Shown here one piece after another: positions 1-12,400 of a stretch of 64,000 bases of DNA. Under the pieces are notes generated by a model. That model was not told the DNA's origin. It was given only the letters and a program-made list of their open reading frames with translations, and ran no database searches. Made by a program: the position numbers and the translations under genes. The DNA comes from Azolla caroliniana (taxonomy: Eukaryota; Plantae; Polypodiophyta). Every line of letters begins with the position of its first letter. Position 1 is the stretch's first letter. The DNA lies in contig JBHGNT010000008.1 of the NCBI GenBank assembly GCA_043228905.1, positions 9,052,001-9,116,000 on the forward strand. The letters run 5' to 3'.

Positions 1-129
1 AACCCATTTTTTCTAAGCCTCTTGTTAGTTCGATTCTCCAATTGGGCTACCTGCATCTGACCCCATCCCCGAGTTTGTAACCCGGCTACATGCATCAGTG
101 ACTTGTATCTAACTCAATCCAATTCCTCT

Positions 130-470
130 AAAGAGACCGAAGACTTTAAATATTCACACTCCAAATATCACACATGATTGAAGACCAGAAAGTTCAAAAC
201 TTCAGTCACAGAAAACTTCAAATCACACATATTCAGAGACCAAAAACAAAGATTCGGATAGAAAAAGTTTAGTCATACAAAAAAAAATTAGTTACCAAAA
301 ATTTCAAACATCACACATAGTCAAAGACCAACAACTTCAAATATCGGGCATATTGGGAGACCAAAGACTCAAAGATTTAGATATAAAAAGTTTTAGTCAC
401 ACAAAAAAATTCAATCACCAAAACGTCCAAAGGTAACATGTGTTCAAATACCAAAAAACTCAAAGTTTTA
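130..470. repeat. Degenerate AT-rich tandem repeat, about 121-bp period with about 30-bp GACCAAA...TCAAA subunits
   Basis: CATATT..GAGACCAAA..CAAAGATT..GATA.AAAAAGTTT.AGTCA.ACAAAAAAA recurs at 228 and 349. Confidence 0.6.
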
Positions 471-686
471 ACTCCATTAGCTTAGAGGTAAGACCTAGTG
501 CACACAAATCAATTAGCTAGGTAAGAGCTGCCATTTCTTGCATATAATCCTCAACATCAACCCTGTTCAACGAACCTAATCCTTGATCTAGGCATTTTGA
601 CACTTCTATAAACTTATGTATTTGAGACTTCCATGATTCCACCTCCTTTGATTTTGCAGAAGGTGGTTATATGGTCACCTTTTCTT

Positions 687-983
687 TGTTTGCAAATATG
701 CGCGGAAACGTATGTGAGGACCTGTCGGTTAAACTCAAAAAACAATGTAGACAGAATGGCAAGAGGCAATACTATAGACAATAGATATGCACAGTTGAAG
801 CTTTAATGGAAGCTTTGTTATTACGTTCTCTCTCTCACTCTCTCTCTCTCTGAGACTCTGTACAAGAACGATCAAGTGTTCTTACTTAGAACGTTAGGTT
901 ATCTCTTATATACTAAGCCCTAACTCTTCGGATGAGTTCACACTAGGATACAAGGTGGAAGGAGTTGGCCTTTTATGCCAACA
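687..983 (-). repeat. Probable 3' LTR of Copia Z
   Basis: TGTT...AACA termini. A PPT-like GGGAGAGTT (minus strand) lies at 984-992, and a TATA-like and (CT)n tract lie inside. The left boundary is uncertain because the partner LTR is outside the window. Confidence 0.55.
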
Positions 984-1239
984 AACTCTCCCGTAAAAGG
1001 ACTACTCTTTCCTACATGTGTAGGTGTTTGGGGTATCTCCCCCGTAAATCTAGATTACAAAATTAATCTAAATTTATATTTACAAGTCCAGTCGGCATGT
1101 GGCCGAGTCGGTAGAGGTATGTTCAATGTCTAGCCTGGTTCAGCTAGTCAGTCAGATTGACTTGTCTGAGTCGATCGGTTTGTCTTACCTTCTGCTCCTC
1201 GTTCAGCCTTCTTTTGCTCGATCGCTTGTCGCAGTCCTA

Positions 1240-1630
1240 TCTTTGTCCTTAGTGCTCTGAAGTGTTGATCTGGGAGTGGCTTCGTTAGGCAATCAACGAT
1301 GTTCACCTCGGTGTCGATCTTCCGGACTTCAAGCTTCTTCTGGGTTATGAGCTCTCAGATGTGATGATACTGCACCTCAATGTGCTTCTTCTTCACGTGA
1401 TAGACGGGATTGTTAATGAGGTGAATTGTGCTCTGTGAGTCGCAATAGATGGTCAGCGTTGGTAAGTCGATTCGGCTTGTCGATGAGAAGTCGGTGGACA
1501 GTCGGTGCAGCCAGATCGTTTCCTTCGCTGCCTCTGATGCTGCTATGTACTTGGCCTCTGTGGTCGACAGGGTTGTGCACTCTTGAAGCTTTGACCTCCA
1601 TGATATTGCACCGCCACCATAGGTGAAAAT
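1240..1630 (-). pseudogene. Copia Z RNase H fragment
   Basis: Translates to ISWRSKLQECTTLSTTEAKYIAASEA...YCDSQSTIHL...KHIEVQYHHI, with a stop. Confidence 0.85.
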
Positions 1631-2135
1631 TGTTGGGAATTTGGTCCCTCCGGATGGGATCCGGATGAGATTCGGACAAGCTGAAGGAAGGAACCGGACC
1701 GGAAGATATCTGTATGGATCTAGTGTGAATTGGATCTAGGGACATATCTACAAATATGTTTCTGGTGTTCTTGTAAAGGCTAGATTTGTAAATAGTCTTA
1801 AATTCATATAAGTATAAATATGACTTAGGGCAATCACTTTGTAAGGTGTTGTTGTTAGTTGTATCATAGTAGCACAGAGAGAGAGAGAGAGAAGTGAAAC
1901 CGCTGCTTGGCGAAGATACAGAGCTCAAGGTCATTGCCTCTGAGTCTCCTGTTGTACCTCCTTTCTCGTATAGTGATAGTTGGAGTTTGTGGGCTCCCGT
2001 GGTTTTTCCCTATTAGGGATTTCCACAAAAGCATCTTGTGTCGTCTCTTCTATGTAAGTGAATGAACCTCCATTTCTATTTTGCACTTTCATAAGGTGTT
2101 TGAGTCTCGGTTGTGGCCGAGCGCTATTCTGCACA
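1631..2135 (+). repeat. 5' LTR of Copia A
   Basis: Homologous to 45004-45538. Contains TATAAATATGACTTAGGGCAA and CCCGTGGTTTTTCCC...GGGATTTCC. Confidence 0.95.
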
Positions 2136-2138
2136 AAT

Positions 2139-2150
2139 TAGTATCAGAGC
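2139..2150 (+). promoter_or_regulatory. PBS of A (tRNA-iMet type, one mismatch)
   Basis: TAGTATCAGAGC versus canonical TGGTATCAGAGC, 3 nt after the LTR. Confidence 0.85.
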
Positions 2151-2160
2151 AAACAAGAAA

Positions 2161-5100
2161 ATGGAAGAGTCATTCGGAAGCATGTTCAAGCTCACCGGCT
2201 CCAACTACCCAGTGTGGAAGTCGAAGATGAGGGACATGCTCGTGGTCAAAGATCTCTAGCTGCCGGTACAGTTCGGGGACAAGAAACCGGACAAGATCGA
2301 TGCCATGACATGGGAGGTGATGCATATGAAGACGACGGCATACATCAGATGCTTCATCGACATGAGCCTGTACAACAACTTCAACAAAGAAAACAAGGCT
2401 CATGAACTCTAGGAGAAGGTAGGCATCATGTTCCAGAACAAGAATGCCATGAATCGAGTCTCGGTTTTCCGGAAGCTGGCGAGACTTAGATATCAAGACG
2501 GCTCTAGTATGGCGGAGCACATGAATGCCTTCCAGAGGCTCATAAATCAAGCCACCTCGTTGTAAGTACCTCTGGCCGATGAGGTACTTGCGTTGTTATT
2601 GCTTGGTTCCCTCCCAGATAGCTGGGAGATGCTAGTTGTCACTTTGGGTAATGTCGGGCAACTATCCCTAGCAAGAGTGAAGTCGAGCTTGCTAGATGAA
2701 GAGGCGCGTCGGAAAGGCAAGGAAGTGATCTCCGACCCAAAAGCCCTGATTTCCGAATCCGACACACAACAAGGGAGAAACCGATACCGGAGTCCCCAGA
2801 ACCGGGAAGAGTCAGGGACAAGGTCAAAGTCAAGGGGGAGGCCTACTTGCTTCTATTGTGGGAAGCCAAGACACTTCCAGAAGAATTGTCGGCACTTCCA
2901 GAAACAGAAAGGGACCGATAACACCAATTCAAAGAAGCGTTCGGACCGGAGAGGTTCGGATCGGAAAGAACGTCAGCGATCGTGACAAGTGAAGAAGAAT
3001 TGTTGCTCATCACTGAGGAGAATGAGTTAAACCTTGTCGGCGATGAGACAACGTGGGTTGTCGATTCTAGAGCATCATTCCACCTGATGCTAGACTGGAA
3101 ATGCTTCTCATCCTACACTGCCGAAGATCATGGTCGTGTCCAGATGGGGAATGAAGAGTCGTGCCTAATTGTTGGCATAGGAGATGTGTGGTTGACGACA
3201 TCAACCAGGTGCAAGCTGTTGTTGAAGGATGTCTGACACATTCCGGAGGTTTGGTTGAACCTGATATTAGCCGATCAGCTAGATGATGAAGGCTACATGG
3301 GTAGCATCTGGAACAGAGTGATGAAATTCAGCAAAGGAAGCCTGATCGTGGCTCGAGCCTGGAAGATCAACACGTTGTACCTGATGCACGCTCGGATATG
3401 CCGGGAAGAAGTGAACGTAGCATCCGACAATGTCGGTGAGCTGTGGCACAAGAGACTGTGCCATATGAGCCAGAAGGGGATGAGAAGACTTGCCGAAGAT
3501 AACCTCATTCCGAAGGTGAAAGACATGTATCTTGAGAAGTGTACTGATTGCTTGGCCGGCAAGCAAAACCTAACCTCCTTCCGGTCAAGACCACCGATGA
3601 GACAGAATGCATCACTGGAGTTGGTGCATACCGATGTGTGTAAACTGGACACGAAGTCACATGCCAGATCGCAATACTTTGTGACATTCATACACGACCA
3701 CAGTCGGATGTTGTGGGTCTCACCGTTCAAGACGAAGGATTAGGCGTTGTTCGTCTTCAAGGAGCTCCACGCGAGACTGGAAAGGGAAATTGGCCGGAAG
3801 CTAAAGGTGGTTCGAGTAGATCATGGAGGCGAAAATTGGGGACAGTTCGAGGAGTACTGCCGGTCGAAGGGAATCCAGCTCGAATTCACCATGCCGAAGA
3901 CGTTGGAATTGAACGGGTTGGCTGAACGGATGAACCAGACCATAATGGAGAGATTCTGAAGCATGCTACCACATGGAAAGTTATCCGAGACGTTTTGGGC
4001 TGAGGCACTGATGACGTCCACGTACATGATTAATAGATCACCCTCAACACCCTTGGAAGGAGACACACCATAGAGAGTATGGACCGGTAAAGACATGTCT
4101 TACCGGCATCTGAAGGTGTTCGGGTGTCTCGCATATGTGCATGTCGCAAAAGACAAGAGAGCAAAGTTGGACGCGAAGTCCCGACCATGCATATTCCTTT
4201 GATATGGCAATGATGAGTTCCGTTACTGAGTGTGGGATCTGGTTGACAAGAAGGTGTTCCGGAGTCGGGACATAGTCTTAATGGAAGACAAGACCATTGC
4301 CGACTGGGAGTCGGAGAAGAAGATGATGGACACCGGATCAACCAATGAAAAACGATTTGAGGACACAAGGACTTACTCGGTTGAAAACCGAAAGTTAGCC
4401 GGTAAGAGGATGACACTCGATGAACCGACTGGATTCGGACAAGAAACCGAACTGACCGAAGACGAAGAAGAAAAAGACACCGGAATTGGACAACACCCCT
4501 AATCGGATTCGGATTCGGAGCAAACAGAGGAACCGGTAGTCGGATATCAAGGAAGAAAATATCCTGTAAGAGAGATAAGAGTCCCCCGACGATTTTTGGA
4601 TGCAGAGTATGTGCTGCTAACTGATGAAGGGGATCCGGAAAACTCGAAGAAGCAAAGAAAGACACCCACAGCTCCAAGTGGTTGAGTGCCATGCAGGATG
4701 AGATGGATTCCCTAAATGAGAACCATACATATGAGTTGACGGAGCTGCCGAAAGGAAAGAGGGCACTCCGGAACAAGTGGGTGTACAAGCTGAAACCGGG
4801 AGATGTCAGAAATCCACCAAGGTACAAAACCCGGATCATGGTGAAGGGGTTTCAGCAGAAGAAAGGTGTGGATTTCGATGAGATCTTTGCCCCGGTTGTA
4901 AAGATGACATACACCCGAACGGTATTGAGCAAGATAGCAGCAAGCATGCACCTCGAGGTCGAGCAGCTAGACGTCAAGATGTCGTTCCTTCATGGTGAAC
5001 TCGAGGAAGAAATCTACATGCAGCAACTGGAAGGATTTGAGAAGAAAGGGAAGGAGCACCTGGTGTGCCAGCTGAAGAAGGGCTTATACGGATTGAAGCA

Positions 5101-5403
5101 AGCTCCCCGGCAATGGTACTGGAAGTTTGACTCCTTCATGACTGAGCAAGGGTACCACAAGACACAAGCCGATCACTGCGTATTTGTGAAGAACTTTGAT
5201 GGAGGAGACTTCCAAATACTCCTTCTGTACGTGGACGACATGTTGATCATCGGATGAGACCAAATCAAGATTTGAATGCTGAAGAAGGCCCTAAACCGGA
5301 CCTTCTCAATGAAAGATTTGGGTCCAGCAAGATAGATTTTGGGCATGCACATCATCCGGGACCGGTCGAAGAAGCTGTTGTGGTTGTCACAGGAGAAGTA
5401 CGT
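2161..5403 (+). pseudogene. Copia A gag-PR-IN-RT polyprotein, 5' part (many stops and frameshifts)
   Basis: Zinc knuckle CFYCGKPRHFQKNC, protease WVVDSRASFH, integrase LWHKRLCH and CTDCLAGKQ, RT LLLYVDDMLI. Colinear with element C. Confidence 0.92.
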
Positions 5404-6155
5404 TGTCGAGAAAATCCTCGCGGATGTGTAGAAGTTGGGCAGGACCACGGGGGTCTTGAACCAAGGAATCAAGAAGTGAGGAGGAAGAGTATGTGGTTTA
5501 CGTAAGCTGTGAGACCATGGTTAAATAGAGAAGGTTAGCGAAACGAGAGAGAGAGTGTAAGAGGATTGTGTGTAGAAACAGGCGTAGACAGAGATGCTGA
5601 GAACAACTTGCGTTAGGTAGATAAGTTTCTATTAATCAAAACATGCACGTGGCACTGTGGGTGATTACAACCGAATCAGTGCCGGTGATAGAGCGTAGAG
5701 CTCTACAGTAGTTAGATACAAGTTATGTAAGCACGTAGAAGGTCGATCCCCTAGTCGGGAGCACTCGGGCGTCTGACGCGAGTAGGGGAAGCGCCTTCTG
5801 ATGTTCCGTCGTAGGACTCCTCGTCTCCCCTCTCTGTTTCTTTTCTCCTCACCCGATGACATCCCTAAAACAGTCAAAGTTCACCCCTTTTATAGCACAA
5901 GGAGCGACCGTTACAGAGCATTCATGGCCTATCACTTTCCCTTCCTAGATTCTTCCCCCTGATTCGCTCTCCTCGTAACTCTCCCTCCTTATGCGATGTC
6001 TGAATCCCTATTAATGCCTTAACTACCTAGTACACCTCTTCCTACTTATGCCTAGTACTTACACTATTTAATTCTCTAGGGGTGTGCACTCGTGCACACC
6101 AGTGTTCCTGCGCGTTTCACATTGTTTCCACCTATGGCCCGGAATCTTCACGACG
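5404..6155 (-). repeat. 3' LTR of Gypsy B
   Basis: TGTCG...CGACG. Matches 43429-44182. Confidence 0.93.
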
Positions 6156-6192
6156 TCCACCCCCACTAAACCGCACATACTCTGGTATGTGC
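6156..6192 (-). promoter_or_regulatory. PPT (GTGGGGGTGGA) plus upstream hairpin of B
   Basis: GCACATAC-TCTG-GTATGTGC forms an 8-bp stem at 6173-6192. The same cassette occurs in E and H. Confidence 0.8.
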
Positions 6193-6229
6193 TGGGTAGT
6201 GAATTTAGTGAGGGATTCTGGGTCATCTG

Positions 6230-8781
6230 CTACTCGTCCTCTCCTTCTGAACTGGCGCTTTTGGCTCCTGGGTCCGGTTCTGCCTCGCTCCGCCTCTTGA
6301 AGGCCTTTATCCGCTTCCCGGCCACGGGAGTCGTCATTCGGGTCCCGTCGAGCTCCGCGGGATGATACGTCGCGTTATCGTTGATGCTAATTACCACGTA
6401 TGGACCGAACCATCGCTTCGTGAACTTACACGTAGACCTATGCTGGTTGTCGAGGCTACTGTCATAGACTAACACCCAATCACCTTCCTCGATCTTCCTT
6501 GGTCGGAGCCGGTGTGTTCGGTCGAACCGGGCCTTGTTCCGGATTCTCGCTTCTTTCACCCTCGCCATGGCCTACTCCATGTCTTCCGGCCTTCGCTCGA
6601 GTTGCCGGATCCGGGCCGCTAGCAATTCTTCTCGACTCATTTCGTTGACCCAATTGATCGCCGTCCACGAGGCGATCGTCCGCTCCACTGGCATGATGGG
6701 TTTCTATCCAAACATTAGTTACGCCGGCATGTACCTTGTCACCAAACTGTGGGTAGTCCTGTCCGCCCATAGCGCGTAAGGGAGCAACCTCGGCCAGTCG
6801 CCGACTCGTCCTTCGCACACGCGTACAATGGCTTTTACGATCGGACCGTGGCCCTGCTCATTCTTTCCATTTGCTTCCGGGTTGTACGCCGTCATGAGGG
6901 ACAATTTTACGCCTAGCCGATCGAACAGTTCCTCGGCCTCTTCCTCATCTAGCTCTCCTTGGTCAGCCACGATTTTTCCCATGCACCCATATCGGCATAT
7001 GACATCTTCGATCAGAAACTTACATATTGCCACGGTGGTCTTGTTTGTTAGTGCCCGACCCTCTACCTGGTTCGTTAGGTCTTCTCTAGCCAGCACCAGG
7101 TATCGCTTCTGACCCTCTCCCATCGGCATCGTTACTAAGTCGACCATCCATTTGAAGTGCACGGACGGGGGGGTATGTTGGGTGCAACTCGTCGCGGTGT
7201 CGAACCACCGAGTGCATCTGGTAGCTTTTGCATGTGGACACGAAGTCGTGCACACTCTTATATATACCCGGCCACCAGTATTTCTCGTTTAACTTCTCGA
7301 ATGTGGCCCATGTACCCCGGGGCCCAGACCAAGGGCTTTCATGGAACTCCGATATTAGCTTCTCTTGATCATCCACCCGCGCTATTACCCGAAGCGGCGC
7401 GTTGTTTCTCCTTTTTGGGACCCTCCAGATTTTCCCGTTCCGTAGGAAGTATCGGTATGCCCTTTTTCGGACTTGTCCCGCTTCCTCCCTAGTCATCGAG
7501 GCGTCCGCCATAATTGGTTTTAGAAATCTTCCAATTAGAAGCCACTCCCCGTTGTAGTCGTCTTCATCGAACTCGTTCAGGAGCGGAGCGCTTCGCCTTT
7601 TTATCCTCATCCTTGCTGATTCGAAGAAGTCCGCGCCGACTTCTTCATTCTCTGATACCATGTCGTCCTCGTCCTTGAACCTTGCTCTAGAAAGCATATC
7701 GTCCATGGTGTTGACTTTACCCGAGATGTGTCGTATCTCTGGGTTTAGGGACTTGATGTACACAATCCACCTGAGCATGGCCAGGTCGGGAGTTGCGCAT
7801 TTGGAGACCATACCGAGAATCGGCAGGCAGTCTGTTTCTATGATCACTTCTGTCCCGATTAGGTAGTCTTTGTCAACCTTAACTGCCAAAACGATGCCCC
7901 ATAGATCGCGCTTGACTTGGGCGTATCCTCATTGTCGCTCACTCAGTACCTTCACACCGAACCGGATAGGGAAACGCGCGCCGTCTTCATCCTCTTGATT
8001 TACGACCCATCCGATCCCGGTCGGGTTGGTGTCCACCATGATGTAGACCGGAGTTCCTGGTGCGTATTCCGCTTTGCGTAAAGCTGGTGTCGTGGTGAGC
8101 ATTGGTTTTAGCCTCCGGACCGCCTCGGTATGTTCCTTTGTCCATTCGAATTTCTTGCTCTTCTTTAGCAAGCCGTAGAGTGGTTCGGTGACGTGCGCGT
8201 AATGAGGGATCCATATGTGGTAGAAGGCGCATGCTCCTAAGAATCGTCGGACCTATGTGATGGATCCGCACTCCTCCTTCATTGCCGAGATGGCCTATCC
8301 CTTGGTCGGCGATGGCTTCCAGCCGTACGACCCACATAGATGGCCCACCACTAAGATCTCTGGCTGTCCAAAGGCCGACTTCTCTCCTGAGAAGGTAAAC
8401 CGCACATCTTCGAGCCTATGTAGTATCTTCTCGTAGTCGGAGATATGGTCGGTGACAAACCTTCGGCACCCGTCCGCGCCGATCGACTCATCCTTGGTCT
8501 CCTCCGGACACCCCTTGATAGGGATGTCATCTAGGAAAGGCATAGATGTTCGGAATGCAATCCCGCAGAACTCTGTTCATTGCATTCACCATGTGTGCCA
8601 TCGAGTTGGTCCCTCCCTGTGGTAGGGTACACATTCGAACTAGGCCGAGAGGGGTTTGCATTGTTGTTATGTCCCTGCTTTCCACGGCCAGTTGGAACTG
8701 GTCATACCCCGAGTAAAGGTCTCCGACCGAGTATATGGACCTTCAGGCGAAGGCTTCCGCGAACTCATTGATCGACGGTCC
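6230..8781 (-). pseudogene. Gypsy B RT C-terminal part, RNase H and integrase (disrupted)
   Basis: MPFLDDIPIKG (RT), VDTNPTGIGW (RNase H), WMVDLVTMP / VADQGE / NGKNEQG (integrase D,D,E), KRWFGPY (GPY/F). No chromodomain seen. Confidence 0.9.
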
Positions 8782-9473
8782 TGACGGGAACCTAACGTTC
8801 CTTATGCGCAATGCTCGGCCACAACCGAGATTCTTTTCATACACAGAAAAACGGGAAATACAACACGATACAAAGGAGAGGAAGATACACACACACTACC
8901 CAAGAGGTTAACGTGGAAAACCCCAAACTGGAGGAAAAACCACGGCAGCCCACAGGCTGCAAACTGTCACTTTGTATGAATGTACAAAACAGTGAGTTCT
9001 CGGAGGCAACGACCTCAGACTCATGCTCTTCGCCACAGGCGGCGGTTACAACAGAGGCAACGACCTCGTTCTCTCTCTCTCTCTCTCTGTACAGTTACGC
9101 GCTCTCTCTTCGTCTTGCACCAACATGGAAGAGTAACGACCACCTAATATTAGTTTGCCCTAAGTCATATTTATACTAATATGACTTTTTGGCTATTTAC
9201 AAATATAGCCACAATGGGCTCTCAGAAACATATTTACGAATATGTCTCTTCCTCCGGTTCATACCGGGCATGCACCATCCGGCTCTCCGTAGCCGGGTAC
9301 TCCTCATCCGGTTCATACTAGGCCTGCACCATCCGGCTCTCCGTAGCCGAGTACTTCTCATCCGGTTCATACCGGGCCTGCACCATCTGGCTCTCCGTAG
9401 CCGGGTACTCCTCATCCGGTTTCGTCGGCACTGTTCTTCTCCCTTCCCATCCGGAGGGACCTGTCTCCCAACA
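8782..9473 (-). repeat. 3' LTR of C (3 copies of a 54-bp U3 repeat)
   Basis: Near-identical to 13576-14373 apart from repeat copy number. Confidence 0.95.
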
Positions 9474-9494
9474 GGTCCAACTCCCAAATTGCGG

Positions 9495-12400
9495 ATGGGG
9501 TGTCTTACCAGTCCGATTCTCTTCCGGCATGCATCCAACTTGTCGGGTGTCAGCACTTTGGTCAGCATATCTGACCCGTTCTCGGCCGTGTGGATCTTCG
9601 TCAGTGCGAACTCTTGGTCATCTACTCTTTCCCGGATCCAGTGATACCTCCGCTGGATATGCTTTGTCCGAGAATGGTAGGCCGCATTCTTAGCAAGGTG
9701 GATGGCACTTTGACTGTCACAATAGAGTCGGTATTCCTCTTGCCGGATACCGAGCTCTCCGATGAAGTCCTTCATCCATAATATTTCCTTGCCGGCTTCC
9801 ACAGCCGCCATGTACTCTGCCTCTGTGGTTGACAATGCAACCGTCTTTTGCAGACTCGACTGCCACAAAACAACTCCCCCTGCATATGTCATTACATACC
9901 CGGATGTAGACCGGCTGGTATCCACATCAGCCGACATGTCCGAATCGGTGAAACCGTCCAGTTGAGGTTTTCCGGAGCCGAATCGGAGACACATATTTGA
10001 AGTGCCCTTCAAGTACCGGAGTATCCATTTGACTGTGTTCCAGTGCTCCTTGCCGGGATTACTCATGAACCGGCTCACCACTCCGACTGCGTATCCTATA
10101 TCCGGTCAGGTACACACCATAGCGTACATCAAGCTCCCGACGGCAGAGGCATATGGAATCTTCATCATATCCGTCTTCTCTGCTTTCGTCTTCGGGCTTT
10201 GCTTGCCGGATAGCCTGCAGTTTGCCGGAAGTGTCGATCCGACCGGTTTCGCTTCTGACATGTTGAACCGGTGAACCACCTTTGTCACGTACTTCTCCTG
10301 TGACAGCCATAATTGCTTCGCTTTCCGGTTACAGATGATGTGCATCCCCAACATCTGTCTTGCCGGACCCAAGTCTTTCATTGAGAAGGTCCGGTTGAGA
10401 GCCTTCTTCAGCATCCATATTTTTACTTGGTCTCGTCCGACGATCAACATGTCATCCACGTACAGGAGGAGTATCAGGAAGTCTCCTCCTTCAAACTTCT
10501 TCACAAACACGCAGTGATCGGCCTGCGTCTTGTGGTACCCTTGATCGGTCATGAAGGAGTCGAACTTCCGGTACCATTGCCGGGGAGCCTGCTTCAGTCC
10601 GTACAGGCTGTTCTTCAACCGACATACCAGGTGCTCCTTCCCTTTCTCCACAAATCCTTCCGGTTGCTGCATGTAGATCTCCTCTTCGAGGTCGCCGTGA
10701 AGGAATGCCGTCTTCACGTCCAGCTGCTCTACCTCGAGGTCCATGCTTGCTGCTATACTCAGCACTGTCCGGATGGAGGTCATCTTTACTACCGGGGCAA
10801 ATATCTCGTCAAAGTCCACACCCTTCTTCTGCTGGAACCCCTTCACCACGATCCTGGCTTTGTATCTCGGGGGGTTGCCGGCATCTCCCGGTTTCAACTT
10901 GTACACCCACTTGTTTCGGAGTGCTCGCTTTCCTTTCGGCAGCTCCACCAATTCGTATGTATGGTTCTCATGCAGGGAATCCATCTCATCCTGCATGGCA
11001 CTTAACCATTTTCGGTTGTGGGTGTCTTCCTTCGCTTCTTCGAAGCTTTCGGCTCCCCCTCATCGGTCAGCAGGACATGCTCTGCATCCGGAAATCTCCG
11101 GGGCGCCCTTCTCTCTCTGAGGGGATATCTATGTCTTCGGGCTTCAGTAACCGGCTCCTCCATTTGCTCTTCATCCGAATCCGATTCAGATTCTTGGCCG
11201 GTTCCGGTCTCAACTTCCTCTACGTCTTCATCTGCCGGTTCGGTATCCTCACCGTAACCGGCTGGTTCCTCGAGTGCTAACCGGTCTCCTGCCGGTTGGG
11301 TCTGCTCATCGTAGTGTCTATCCTTACCGGTCGACTCAGAGTTCATTATCTTCTTCTTCGACTCCCAGTCGGCGAGCGTCTTGTCCTCCATGAAGATAAT
11401 ATCTTGACTCCGGAATACCTTCTTGTCGACCGGGTCCCACACTCGGTAGCCGAACTCATCGTCACCGTAACCGAGGAATATGCATGGACGGGTCTTTGGA
11501 TCTAGCTTTCCTCTCCGGTCCTTAGCTACATGCACGTACGCGAGACACCTGAACACCCTCAGATGCCGGTAGGACACTTCCTTACCGGTCCATACTCTCT
11601 GTGGCGTGTCTCCGTCCAAGGGTACTGAGGGTGATCTGTTTATCACGTATGTCGCCGTCGACAGTGCCTCAGCCCAAAACTGCTTGGGTAGTTTTGCATG
11701 CGCTAGCATACTCCGGACCCTCTCCATTATGGTCCGGTTCATCCTCTCGACCAGTCCGTTTAGTTCCGGCGTCTTCGGCACGGTAAATTCGAGCCGGATT
11801 CCCTTCGAGCGGCAGTACTCCTCGAACTGCCCCCGGTATTCTCCCCTGTTATCTGCTCGAACCACCTTCAACTTCCGGCCGGTTTCTCTTTCCACTCTCG
11901 CGTGGAGCTCTTTGAAGACGGATAACACCTGATCCTTCGTCTTCAGTGGTGTGGCCCACAGCTTTCGGCTGTGGTCATCTATGAACGTCACGAAGTACTG
12001 CGCTCCGGCATGTGACTTCGTGTCTACTTGACACACATCCGTATGCACCAACTCTAGTGGTGCATTACGTCTCATCAGTGGCCTTGGTCGGAAGGAGGTC
12101 CGGTTCTGCTTACCGGCCAGACAATCAGTGCACTTCTCTAAGTGCACGTTCTTCACTGGAATGAGGTTGTCGTCTGCAAGCCTCTTCATCCCCTTCTCAC
12201 TCATATGACACAGCCTCTTGTGCCACAGCTCACCGGCAGTGTCGGATGCCACGTTCACTTCTTCCGGACATAACCGGGCATTCATCAAGTACAGTGTGTT
12301 TACCTTCCGGGCCCGAGCCACAATCAGGCTCCCTTTGCTGAACTTCATGACACCGTTCCGGATGCTACCCGTGTAGCCTTCATCATCTAGCCGACCGGCT

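Noticed and set aside
1-686. Possible host exon or gene in the only stretch not assigned to an LTR element
   Set aside because: No ORF of 60 aa or more and no recognisable protein. It is mostly a degenerate AT-rich repeat, and isolated GT/AG motifs are not sufficient evidence.
1413-1934. 173-aa ORF
   Set aside because: Chimeric: antisense A LTR joined to an off-frame read of Z RNase H.
9197-9494. Repetitive C-terminal extension (MNRMRSTRLRRAGWCRPG)n on RNase H
   Set aside because: It is read-through into the LTR 54-bp repeats after loss of the stop codon and PPT, not a real domain.
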